Assembly (NCBI GenBank): GCA_965367815.1
Contig: CBDUKN010000020.1
Coordinates: 1 to 45,392 of the forward strand
Length of the DNA stretch: 45,392 nucleotides
Direction: 5' to 3'
DNA from: an uncultured Thermoprotei archaeon
GTDB lineage: Archaea; Thermoproteota; Thermoprotei; Thermofilales; B15-G2
Position numbers and translations under genes: made by a program
Notes under the pieces: generated by a model
The model's database searches: none
The model's input: only the letters and a program-made list of their open reading frames with translations
What the model was told of the DNA's origin: nothing
Part shown: piece after piece, positions 30,435 to 39,451 of the stretch
Layout of the letters: the number at the start of each line of letters is the position of its first letter
Numbering within the stretch: position 1 is the stretch's first letter

Positions 30435-31292
30435 CTAAATTTCTTTCTCAAACTCACTTAAGTCTAGTATTTGACCAGAAACCGACTCTACTTTATTCAA
30501 TATTATTTTGTGTAGCGCTCGAGGAGCATAAATTTCGCCATAAGAATCTATCGAGAAAACTGTCTCATCAAAAAGCTGCGGAGTAACATCGCGCTCTATT
30601 ATCAAACGGCCATAGTTCTCTATCCTGTACTTAAAGCCTTCTCTTTTAACTTTCTCTAGCCTCTCTTTAGTTAAAATAAAGTCCCCGCCATATATGTCCA
30701 AGTGTTTTACGGGTTTCTTTTCCTCAAGCCATTTTTGAGGCAACTCGCCTTCATAGCTCACTACATCTCCACAGTATTTCTCCATGCGACTGTAAGCTGC
30801 TTTAACAAGTTTCTTCGAGACAACTATTGTATTCACTTTTCTGAAGAAAAGAACTTTATCTCTGAATAATTTAGGGCTTACATCTTCTGCAAATATCACT
30901 GTATCTATGTATTTAAATCCCACTTTACTGTATCTCTCTAAAAGACTTCTATCAACAACTATTTTTTCTAAATGCTTGAATATTTTTACTTCCTCAATGC
31001 TGAGTTTTTCTTCCTCTATTTTAGCTACTCTTCCTTCTTTTGCATATTTAATTATGTTGTAAGCTACTAGACCTAAGTCAGATAACTTGTATTTACCGTC
31101 ATCTGTTTTCTCAAGTAGATCCTCCATTCTCTTTATGTGAAAACCAAAGGTTCCTGTCTCGCTTATGCCAACTCTGTTCATTATTTCAGTAAAGTTTAAG
31201 GGACCTTCTTTAGCTAAAAGCTCCACTATTTTCCTTCTAGTCTCATGCGCTAATGCCTGGAAAATATAGCTTAGATCTTCTTCACTCAACAT
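30435..31292 (-). CDS. ArsR-family winged-HTH regulator with two copies of an unnamed C-terminal domain
   Basis: IFQALAHETRRKIVELL...GTFGFHIKRM...GKYKLSDLG; repeats IFAEDVSPKLFRDKV and IIERDVTPQLFDETV. Confidence 0.85.
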   Translation of the reverse strand: MLSEEDLSYIFQALAHETRRKIVELLAKEGPLNFTEIMNRVGISETGTFGFHIKRMEDLLEKTDDGKYKLSDLGLVAYNIIKYAKEGRVAKIEEEKLSIEEVKIFKHLEKIVVDRSLLERYSKVGFKYIDTVIFAEDVSPKLFRDKVLFFRKVNTIVVSKKLVKAAYSRMEKYCGDVVSYEGELPQKWLEEKKPVKHLDIYGGDFILTKERLEKVKREGFKYRIENYGRLIIERDVTPQLFDETVFSIDSYGEIYAPRALHKIILNKVESVSGQILDLSEFEKEI

Positions 31293-31333
31293 ATCCTCAC
31301 AACAAATTAGATTTCTTCGATAGATTTAAAAGT

Positions 31334-31399
31334 ATTGTAGACGACAATCGATAAAAACGTTATCTAGTACACTCGACAAAATGTCGACTACACTCGACA
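31334..31399. promoter_or_regulatory. Direct and inverted repeats upstream of the ArsR-like gene
   Basis: TACACTCGACA at 31368-78 and 31389-99; TCGACA-AAA-TGTCGA 31373-87; ATTGT-N5-ACAAT 31334-48. Confidence 0.55.
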
Positions 31400-32149
31400 C
31401 TATACTTTAAGCACGACTAAAATACACATTATTAGCGATATAAAGAGCGCTATTGACGCGAGTACAATAAAGTAGGGAGTGAATACTGAAAATAGAACAA
31501 ATATTGTTAAAATAATGTATACTTTGAAGAGATTTCTAACAGCTTTTGATGGATGCTTACTGAAACCTATCTTAGTTATTAGTTTTAATCCCAGTGTACC
31601 TAAACCAATTTCTTTAGCCAATTCTTTGAATGCTTTTTTACCCCGCCTAGTTAGGATCAAATAGTCTCCTTGAGTTCTAAAGAGAGCTGTACTTCCTATT
31701 AGGTAGGGCTTTATTAAGTAGTTGATAGTGCTTCTATTTGTTTTAAAGTATTTACATAAATAACTATAGCTTACTTTTTCTCTGAAACTAGATCCAGCTA
31801 TGAGTACTATGTCTTTAACAATGTCTGTTAAAGGCATATCTGAAGCCAGTACTTTTCCTCGACTCAATTGAGCTAGCTTACTGTAGAGAGTTAGCCCGAG
31901 TGTTGTTGGACAGTATTCAGATCTACTAGTGCTCGCTATTAGTCCCTTTCTTTTGAGCTTATATAAAATATCATAAAGCTTATCTTTCTCTATAGAAAGC
32001 TCGTCAGAAAGTTCGTTGAGTGAAACTTTTCCCTTCTGAACAATAGTTAAGAATACTTTAAATTGCTGTGAACCTTTAGAAAAATCTATAATAGAATCTA
32101 TTTCACTTAACTTTTTTATAAACGGCCAGAGTCTGTATACTTTCATCAT
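31400..32149 (-). CDS. Winged-HTH protein (probably two wHTH) with two C-terminal TM helices
   Basis: VSLNELSDELSI...LYDILYKLKRKGLI...YCPTTLG; second unit ...YLILTRRGK; hydrophobic C-terminus. Confidence 0.7.
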   Translation of the reverse strand: MMKVYRLWPFIKKLSEIDSIIDFSKGSQQFKVFLTIVQKGKVSLNELSDELSIEKDKLYDILYKLKRKGLIASTSRSEYCPTTLGLTLYSKLAQLSRGKVLASDMPLTDIVKDIVLIAGSSFREKVSYSYLCKYFKTNRSTINYLIKPYLIGSTALFRTQGDYLILTRRGKKAFKELAKEIGLGTLGLKLITKIGFSKHPSKAVRNLFKVYIILTIFVLFSVFTPYFIVLASIALFISLIMCILVVLKV

Positions 32150-32198
32150 CCTCAGCCTATCTGTTAAAATATTCAGCCTAAAGCTAAATACTCTATTT

Positions 32199-32358
32199 CC
32201 TCACAGTCCCCTCAACTCCCCATTTACTGTACGAGGATGGACTTTTATGTGTAGTACCCATGTTTTTTCGCCGAGCGAGCGAAAAAACTCTAGTTTTCCG
32301 CCACGTACCCTTACGGCGGTCACTAATCACTAATACTGAGCCCATAATTTTGCCTCAG
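32199..32358. repeat. Cluster of intergenic hairpins between divergent genes
   Basis: GTTTTTTCGC 32262-71/GCGAAAAAAC 32279-88 (perfect 10 bp); CCGCC 32298-302/GGCGG 32315-19; CCTCACAGT 32199-207/ACTGT..GAGG 32226-36; CTGAG 32336-40/CTCAG 32354-58. Confidence 0.6.
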
Positions 32359-32443
32359 GCCTATAGACCTCCTAACTCTGTTATTTTCAATGAACAGCTC
32401 AAAAACATCTAAGCTTATATTGAAGAACACGATAAATAATTTG

Positions 32444-32896
32444 ATGAAAAGAGGTATTTCTTCTCTACTAGCACTGCTACTTATCATAGTTTTGTTACTA
32501 GTTGGAGCATATATTATCTACAAGATATTTTTCGCAATAAAGGGTGAGGGATCCCTTTTAGTTTCTAGAGTATACTGGCTTATAGGAAAGAAGAGTGTAG
32601 ACGAAGTAAATTCAGATACAGTGGTTACAGCTGTTGTAGTGCTCTACTCTCCTACAGGTTACTCTGGCTGGATAGAAGTTAAAGTGAAAAAAGACATAAT
32701 TCTATTTCCTGACGAAACCGTAGCTGCAGTTAAGCAGTACTATGCTATAGGTAAGGGAGCCGAAGTAGAAGTAAGGCTTACTTTTAGAGCTGAGTACTCT
32801 CTGTTAACGAGAGGCTATCATATTGAAGTAGTGTGGAGTGGCGGAAAATACACTATGGAGTCAAATTACCCTCCTAGACTAAAAGTTAAACATTAG
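32444..32896 (+). CDS. Type IV pilin-like protein with class III signal peptide and Ig-like domain
   Basis: Second Met (32444) gives MKRG/ISSLLALLLIIVLLLVG, matching the archaeal [KR][GA] plus hydrophobic-helix prepilin motif; beta-rich C-terminus. Confidence 0.65.
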   Translation: MKRGISSLLALLLIIVLLLVGAYIIYKIFFAIKGEGSLLVSRVYWLIGKKSVDEVNSDTVVTAVVVLYSPTGYSGWIEVKVKKDIILFPDETVAAVKQYYAIGKGAEVEVRLTFRAEYSLLTRGYHIEVVWSGGKYTMESNYPPRLKVKH

Positions 32897-32922
32897 TTTA
32901 CTCTTCTTCCTCCTCGTGTTTC

Positions 32923-33039
32923 ATTTTAGATTCATGGAAAGCTGTTTTCGCGGAAAAATTCTTGGAGACGCTGAGAAAAATTGTAAATCCTAGGGATATA
33001 GACTACATTGTTGTTCACCATATGGAGCCTGATCACAGT
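32923..33039 (+). pseudogene. Fragment of a flavodiiron protein (FprA family)
   Basis: Hand translation ILDSWKAVFAEKFLETLRKIVNPRDIDYIVVHHMEPDHS (HxEPDHS diiron motif); no start and no C-terminal domains. Confidence 0.8.
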
Positions 33040-33040
33040 G

Positions 33041-33268
33041 CCTCTTGCACCTTACTTCATTAGAGTTTCAGTGAACTTAGCTATTGTATTCTCGCTAGTG
33101 AGCGCGGCGTTCGCGCTAGCTTTTACTGGCTTCATAATAGCGGTTTCAGCTAAACTATCTATTAAGAAAAAGACCCTTGAAATGATTTTAGCGGGCTTAG
33201 GATCAGCTACAATAACTTTCGTTATAGGCAGAGCTGCATCTATAGTTCTAGGAATAGAAGTCAGCTAG
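33041..33268 (+). pseudogene. C-terminal fragment of a VIT1/CCC1-family membrane protein
   Basis: PLAPYF...EMILAGLGSATITFVIGR...LGIEV; abuts the FprA fragment. Confidence 0.65.
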
Positions 33269-33310
33269 CCTTAAAGAAGTCTTATTAAATACTTTAGATT
33301 CTCCCTAGAG

Positions 33311-33560
33311 TTATGTACTGTACTTAATTGTTTTTAAAGGGCATTTGCTTAAGCACTTTCCGCATAAAATGTGGTCGTTTTCTCCTGCTCGAGTACACTG
33401 CATAGGGCATTCTTTGAGATATTTTTTGCGGTTAGTGCACTTGTCTTTAGGTACTCTGAGCTTCCGTATGCTTATCTTCTGAAGTATTGCTAGAAGTGCT
33501 CCTAGCGGGCATAAGTACCTGCACCAGAATCTCTCTACTACAAGCGATAAGAAGTCGAGT
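33311..33560 (-). pseudogene. C-terminal fragment of a NapH/MauN-type 4Fe-4S binding membrane protein
   Basis: Hand translation ERFWCRYLCPLGALL...CTNRKKYLKECPM...HILCGKCLSKCP; ferredoxin cysteines partly lost; no start. Confidence 0.75.
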
Positions 33561-33625
33561 TTATATAGTCTACTGAAGACTCTCAGTTAATAAAGCTTAT
33601 ATAAGTCTGCATACCTCACTTTACG

Positions 33626-36600
33626 ATGAAAAAGTATCGTCACTATATTGTATTCATTATTTTGATATTATATTTATCTGAAGTATCTTCAATTATCATT
33701 AAAGCTGATCCTGTTCAAACTAGTAAATTAGGCGACTTAGTAGTTTACATAGATAATGTTCACGGGCGCTCCGACATACATGCAAGCCTAGCACAGTTAG
33801 GTATTAAGAAAATAACGTTTATGAATGTTTTCTCTAAATTAGATAAAAATGTATACTATCTATCAGATGTAATAGTGCTACATAATGTGTTCAGAGACTT
33901 TGAGCCAGAAGAGCTTCAAGATTTACGCGAGTGGGTTGAAGAAGGTGGAAGGTTAATTATTATTTGTACTGAAGTCTCAGAGCCCTTGAAGGTACTTTTA
34001 AGTGAATTTAATGTAAGTATCTCAGAAAAACCCTATAGTGGTGTTTTAAAACTAAAGGGCTTTTTAGAGCAATTAGGTCAAGTCAGTGGTCAAGGATATG
34101 TTCTGAAGGGACTATCTCCTTTAGCGGAAAGTAGAGAAGGAGCAATAGCTGTTTACGGGAAAATAGGTAAAGGAAAAATATTCATATCTACATCCTCCGT
34201 ACTTCTAGCGACTACTTATCTTGAAAAAATTTTCATGTGGTTAGCCGAAAATATAGAGAAAAACAAAGGACTAGGTCAGGTTACATTTAGAATAAAAACC
34301 GTGAATGTTCCATTTAATCAGATGATATTTAAGGTGGTGTATTCTGATGGCAATGAAGAATATTTACTTGCTGAAAATTCGCTGAAAATTACTACAAGGA
34401 ACATCGAGTATATTTCTTTAGAAAATCTCTGTTTCTCAACATCAACACTTTTTATTCCTCAGAAAACAGTTTTCTTAAAGCCTGTTGACAGAAATCTCGA
34501 AGTAGGTATTAAAGTATACGCAATTTCCAGGTTGATAATTACTACTTACAATAGTAAGCCAGTAGTTGAAAGCCTATTTCCTGTAGAGGTTTGGTCGACA
34601 AAGAATATGTATTACATTAGTTTATTAACGTTCTATGATTATGGAAAAGAATTATCGTTTAAAATAAGGCTTAATGATAAAACATATAATTTTACAGTAA
34701 AATTATACGCAAATACTACATTTATAGCTATTGGTAGCTTACAAAGAAAGAAAATAAGAGTTAAAGTTGTAGATGAAAATGGAAAACCTGTCAGAAATGC
34801 TGTAGTATACTGCTATACGCATACCCCTAGACTAGATTTTTATTCAACCTACAACTTATTTAACGTATTTAGTATTAGCGACTCAAATGGTATTGTTGAG
34901 CTTCCTTACAGTAGTAATGGAATATACATTGTGGCTTTCAAGGATTACGAAAATACACCTTGCATAGATCTACTTGGATTAAAATACATTGATATTCCTA
35001 GCACAAATATTCTATATACTGTTGAATTAAAGAAAGTAGGAGTACTCTACTTGGCGAATGTTGACCGAAAGAAGTATTCAGTAATATACGTTAGTTCTTT
35101 ATCGGGAAAAGCTCCCTGGCTTGTAGCTAGGGGAAGTAGAATATATGAAGCAGGACACATGAAAACTATGTACGCTATTCTGCCCGTAGGTAGATACAAG
35201 ATTACTCTGCAGTACAGGAGGAGGCCCTTTATGATGTTAACTAATAAGAATAAAGGCTATAGTGTTCACGAAGGGCATATTACCTTTATTGACTTCAGAT
35301 TCGAGAAAATTAAGCAGAAGAGACAAGATATACTTAATGCTATTAAAAGATTGGAAAGTTTGAAAGAAGAACTATATTACGGTAAAATAGAGGGAATTAA
35401 TTTAATAGAGTTGGAATCGTTTTTAAAAGAAGCTGAGTTTCATTTAAAGCTTGCTCTATACTATTTAGACAAAAATATGTTTTATGATTGTTTAAAAGAA
35501 TATGAAATAGGACTATCCTACTTGAGTGATGTAGAATATGGAGTGTCGCTTTACATAAGACCTCTCTTTGTTTTCTCGCTAGTCCTGCTGATAATAATAG
35601 TGCTTAGTGGACTAGCGTGCGCAAATATGATTGGCGGAGAAAGGTCTTTGGCTGTGAAAATTACTTTGAGCATAGCGATTATTTTAGTTTATGTTGCTGT
35701 GCTAAGTATTTATCATCCCGGCTTTAAGTCACTTTTCAATCCTAGCCTTCCTTATTTCAGGGAAAAAGTGCTTTTATTGAGTTTAATAATTGCTTCAGTA
35801 TGCTATCTTGTTTACTGGGACATACCCAGGTACTTTGCCCGAGAATATTTTCCTGAGAAGCCTTCGAAGCTAAGTATAGCTGCTTCGGCTTTTAACATAG
35901 GATTAAGAAACCTGCGGCGCAGGAAATTGAGGACTGCGCTTTCTCTTCTAACAGTATTCTTTATGATTTTCTCGCTTGTTGCTTTCACTTCAGTTCAGCC
36001 TCAAGCGACTTTGTCTAGGAGTTTTGTTACATATGAAACTAATGCTCTTGGAAACGGCTTAGTCTACCAAGTTAGGTATTTGAGTGAAGGAGAAAAATCG
36101 GAGATACTTAGTCTTATTAAAAGCGTTGTCGGTAATGAGAGCAAGATAGTTCTCAGAGTAATGTCTCTGAAAGGAGGCTTTGAAGGCCGGGCGATGGCTC
36201 TCTTTATGAAAACAGGTGAAGAAGAATTCTACTTTACCACAGTTAGCAAGAACGGTAAAGTAGTTAAAGTTAGAGGTATTTTGGGGGTAGAGCCTTCTAA
36301 GGAAAAGAAGCTGACTTTACTTCCTTCTACTGTAGTCGAAGGAAGATTTCTGCTAGATAATGATACTCGAGGAGTTTTAATCAGCAGAAAGTACACAGAG
36401 ATACTTGGAGTAAGTGTAGGCGATACTATAAGTGTTCTCGGCTACAAGCTTAGAATAGTCGGCATATTTGATGAAAAATTGTACAGTGAGGTAAGGGACT
36501 TAGATGGATCTTTCTTAAGGCCGTGGAATGTCTTCGTTAAAGCTGAAATACCTACATACTCTAGGCTCACTAGCCCCGAAGGAGTTTTAATAGTTCATAT

Positions 36601-37564
36601 AGACTTCGCTAAAATGCTTGAAAAATACTGCTACTTAGATAAAATACTGATTATAACAGACAGCCCTGAGGAAGCTGAAAAGCTAGCTGCTGTACTTGTA
36701 AGAGCAATAAGCGATCTTCCGCCTTATCTCTGCGAGAACGGCATAGCATACATTGTTTCAAGTAGAGTGTCTTTTGAAATAAGAGGTCTAGATACCTTAA
36801 TAGTGATTATTATAGGCTCACTAATTACAGCCAACTTAATGATAGCTGAAGTATACGAAAGAAGAAGAGAAATATCTACGTATACTGCTGTCGGCATGAC
36901 TCCCTCTCATGTCAAGAACTTTTTCCTCGCTCAAGCCTTCTTGCTTACCTTCACAGGAGGAGGCCTCGGATACTTAGCTGCGACATTTTTCATAAACTAT
37001 CTCAGCACGCTACCTGCCTTCGCCGCCATCAACATTAGTATTACGCCTATGTGGGCTATACTTGCATTCGTAGTAGTAATTGCAGTTAATCTCATCGCGT
37101 CGTCTCTCCCTGCGCGTAAAGCTTCTCTTCAAGTAGTGCCGAGCTTTAAGCGAAAATGGGAACTCAAGTTGGGCAGAAAGGGCGTATATGAGGAAAACTT
37201 GCCGTTTAGAGTACATGAAAGTAAAATAAAGGCTTTTGTAAGTAGTGTCGATAAGAAGATACGAGTGTACTACCCTGATCAAGGTCTTGAGAGAACGGAG
37301 TGGCGTAGAGAATATAAACGTACTTTAGGAGACGGCACTCAGGTAAGAGAAATTCAGTACCTGATATGGAGTGCTATGGGTGGAGCTACTTCTCAGTCTG
37401 CTTTGGTTAAATTAATGTTTACTAAAGCTCCTGGAGGAAAATACTACTCTCTAGTGATCAGAGTAGAGCCTAAGGTTAAGGGATATAAGTACAAAGATTT
37501 TGTTTACAGAATAGTTGATAGAGTTAGAAAAATCTGTTTAGAGACTAATGTTTCTTTAAGGTGA
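33626..37564 (+). CDS. Large FtsX-like ABC permease with extended extracellular N-terminus
   Basis: Signal peptide; LREWVEEGGRLII (GATase-like fold); VVDENGKPVRNAVV (Ig-like); RNLRRRKLRTALSLLTV; VYERRREISTYTAVGM; LPARKAS. Confidence 0.85.
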   Translation: MKKYRHYIVFIILILYLSEVSSIIIKADPVQTSKLGDLVVYIDNVHGRSDIHASLAQLGIKKITFMNVFSKLDKNVYYLSDVIVLHNVFRDFEPEELQDLREWVEEGGRLIIICTEVSEPLKVLLSEFNVSISEKPYSGVLKLKGFLEQLGQVSGQGYVLKGLSPLAESREGAIAVYGKIGKGKIFISTSSVLLATTYLEKIFMWLAENIEKNKGLGQVTFRIKTVNVPFNQMIFKVVYSDGNEEYLLAENSLKITTRNIEYISLENLCFSTSTLFIPQKTVFLKPVDRNLEVGIKVYAISRLIITTYNSKPVVESLFPVEVWSTKNMYYISLLTFYDYGKELSFKIRLNDKTYNFTVKLYANTTFIAIGSLQRKKIRVKVVDENGKPVRNAVVYCYTHTPRLDFYSTYNLFNVFSISDSNGIVELPYSSNGIYIVAFKDYENTPCIDLLGLKYIDIPSTNILYTVELKKVGVLYLANVDRKKYSVIYVSSLSGKAPWLVARGSRIYEAGHMKTMYAILPVGRYKITLQYRRRPFMMLTNKNKGYSVHEGHITFIDFRFEKIKQKRQDILNAIKRLESLKEELYYGKIEGINLIELESFLKEAEFHLKLALYYLDKNMFYDCLKEYEIGLSYLSDVEYGVSLYIRPLFVFSLVLLIIIVLSGLACANMIGGERSLAVKITLSIAIILVYVAVLSIYHPGFKSLFNPSLPYFREKVLLLSLIIASVCYLVYWDIPRYFAREYFPEKPSKLSIAASAFNIGLRNLRRRKLRTALSLLTVFFMIFSLVAFTSVQPQATLSRSFVTYETNALGNGLVYQVRYLSEGEKSEILSLIKSVVGNESKIVLRVMSLKGGFEGRAMALFMKTGEEEFYFTTVSKNGKVVKVRGILGVEPSKEKKLTLLPSTVVEGRFLLDNDTRGVLISRKYTEILGVSVGDTISVLGYKLRIVGIFDEKLYSEVRDLDGSFLRPWNVFVKAEIPTYSRLTSPEGVLIVHIDFAKMLEKYCYLDKILIITDSPEEAEKLAAVLVRAISDLPPYLCENGIAYIVSSRVSFEIRGLDTLIVIIIGSLITANLMIAEVYERRREISTYTAVGMTPSHVKNFFLAQAFLLTFTGGGLGYLAATFFINYLSTLPAFAAINISITPMWAILAFVVVIAVNLIASSLPARKASLQVVPSFKRKWELKLGRKGVYEENLPFRVHESKIKAFVSSVDKKIRVYYPDQGLERTEWRREYKRTLGDGTQVREIQYLIWSAMGGATSQSALVKLMFTKAPGGKYYSLVIRVEPKVKGYKYKDFVYRIVDRVRKICLETNVSLR

Positions 37565-37568
37565 TTTT

Positions 37569-38264
37569 ATGAAGAAGATTAAGCTAGATTTCCGCTTAGA
37601 AAAACACTTCTACTGGGGAGCAATTATTTCAGGCTTTATCCTCTGGTACAGCTTAAGCTTCACGGAACTCAGTTTAGCTGAAAGAAGTACTTTCATAGTG
37701 TTGGGCATATTAGCTGGAATAGCCTGTGTTTACGGTAGAGCTAAAAGTGTGCTTGCCGCACTTCTGCTTTACTTTACTTCCTACTACTACTTGAAACTAG
37801 CTGCAGCAGTAGGCTTCATAGATTTCTTTAGAACATTTTTCGAAACTTTTTATGAATCTATGCTACCGGCCTTTATTTTATTCTGGACAGTAGTTTTAAT
37901 ATCAGGTATAGTGGGCACCAATTTTTCTCCTGAAAGAAGCTTTTTCTGGACATTTGTTACGCTAATTGCAGGCTACACTATTGTGAATCTTTTTGAAAAC
38001 AGTGTAGAGTATGTACTGCTGAGTATTTTACCTGCAAATATCTACTACTTAATAGAAGCGTCTATTATAGCTTTAGTTTCTTCGACAATAATAGCTATTA
38101 TTGAAAAATATACTAGTATGCTAAAATATTCAGCGTACATAGCAGTGTTTTCCTCACTAGCTGTAGCTGCTTTAGCCTATATAGCGGTACACGACTATGT
38201 TTTAGCCAGCATTATTTCTCTTCCAGCATTAGTAAACACCATTTCGTGTGTGCGGCGCAAGTAG
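37569..38264 (+). CDS. Hypothetical polytopic membrane protein
   Basis: About eight hydrophobic segments; starts 4 nt after the permease stop. Confidence 0.7.
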   Translation: MKKIKLDFRLEKHFYWGAIISGFILWYSLSFTELSLAERSTFIVLGILAGIACVYGRAKSVLAALLLYFTSYYYLKLAAAVGFIDFFRTFFETFYESMLPAFILFWTVVLISGIVGTNFSPERSFFWTFVTLIAGYTIVNLFENSVEYVLLSILPANIYYLIEASIIALVSSTIIAIIEKYTSMLKYSAYIAVFSSLAVAALAYIAVHDYVLASIISLPALVNTISCVRRK

Positions 38265-38323
38265 GTCAAATAGGAGTCTAGTAGATTTTATTTCTTTTTT
38301 GATTCAGAAAATATGGTGAATAT

Positions 38324-39420
38324 ATGTTTGCTTTGACTACTAAGGCTGAAGTAGAGAAGTTAGTCTGGGGAGCTACTGTAATGGGTACTGGCGGTGGAGG
38401 TAGTCCTCGCTATGGCTTGAGACTTCTGGAAGAAGCGTTAAGTCTCAGAGGCGAGATAAAGGTCGTCGATATAAATGAGCTTTCTGAGAACTCTATTGTT
38501 GTTTCACTTTACTACGTGGGTACTATTGCTCCTTCCGCTGAGAGAAGAAAACCTGTCAAGATAGGTGATCCTATTAGAACTGCTTTTGAAGAGCTTGAGA
38601 GAGTTCTAGGTAAACGTGTTTCTGCCGTAGTGGCGTGCGAGCTCGGGGGCTCTAATACTGCTGTCGACTGTATATTGCGGCTAAACTGAACTTACCTGTT
38701 GTAGATGGAGATCTCTTAGGCAGAGCTGCTCCAGAAATACATCAGTGTACAGCAAATATCTTCGGGTATCCTATGTATCCTGCTGTAATAGTTACTGAGT
38801 CAGGAAACATTGTTGTCGTTAAACAGTACAGCGATATTAACGACTACGAGGCTTTAGCTAGATACATATCTGTTATTGCGGGCTGCTCGGCAGCCGTAGT
38901 AGATACTCCTCTTTCCGCAGAAAACGCCCGAAAAGCTGTAGTCAAGAAAACTATCAGCTTGTGCCTCTCTATAGGAAAAGCTTTAAGAGAAGCTTGGAGC
39001 ACAGGAAAAGATCCTGTCGAGGAAGTTAGGAGGATTCTTGGTGGCTGGAAGATTTTTGAAGGTGAAGTTACTAAGTATAACTGGAGAGACGAAGGAGGCT
39101 TTCTGCGAGGAGAAACCTACTTAAAGGGTACCGGTGAGTGGCGCGGACACAGCTTCAGAACATGGATAAAGAACAAGCACATTATGGCCTGGAGGGACAA
39201 CAAGCCTATTGTTATGCCCCCTGACCTCATAATATTTTTCTCTGATAAAGGAAAACCTGTAACAAATGCTGAGCTAGGAGAGGGAATGAAAATCAGTGTT
39301 ATTGCGGCTAAAGCACCTGAAATCTGGAGAACCCCCAGGGGACTAGAGCTCTTCGGGCCGAGACACTTTGGTTTAGACTACGATTATATTCCAGTAGAAG
39401 AACTAGTTAAAGAAAGCTAG
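38324..39420 (+). pseudogene. DUF917-family protein, frameshifted
   Basis: GATVMGTGGGGSP and ELGGSN; 1-nt shift near 38667; then PVVDGDLLGRAAPE, joining ORF 38773..39420 (MPPDLI, ELFGPRHFG). Confidence 0.85.
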
Positions 39421-39451
39421 CTCATTGAGCCCTTGTTTAGAAAAACCGCAA

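Noticed and set aside
24774-32252. Shared 12-mer ACTTTTATGTGT in both hairpin-rich spacers (24774-85 and 32241-52)
   Set aside because: An AT-rich 12-mer match is expected by chance in 45 kb, and the similarity does not extend
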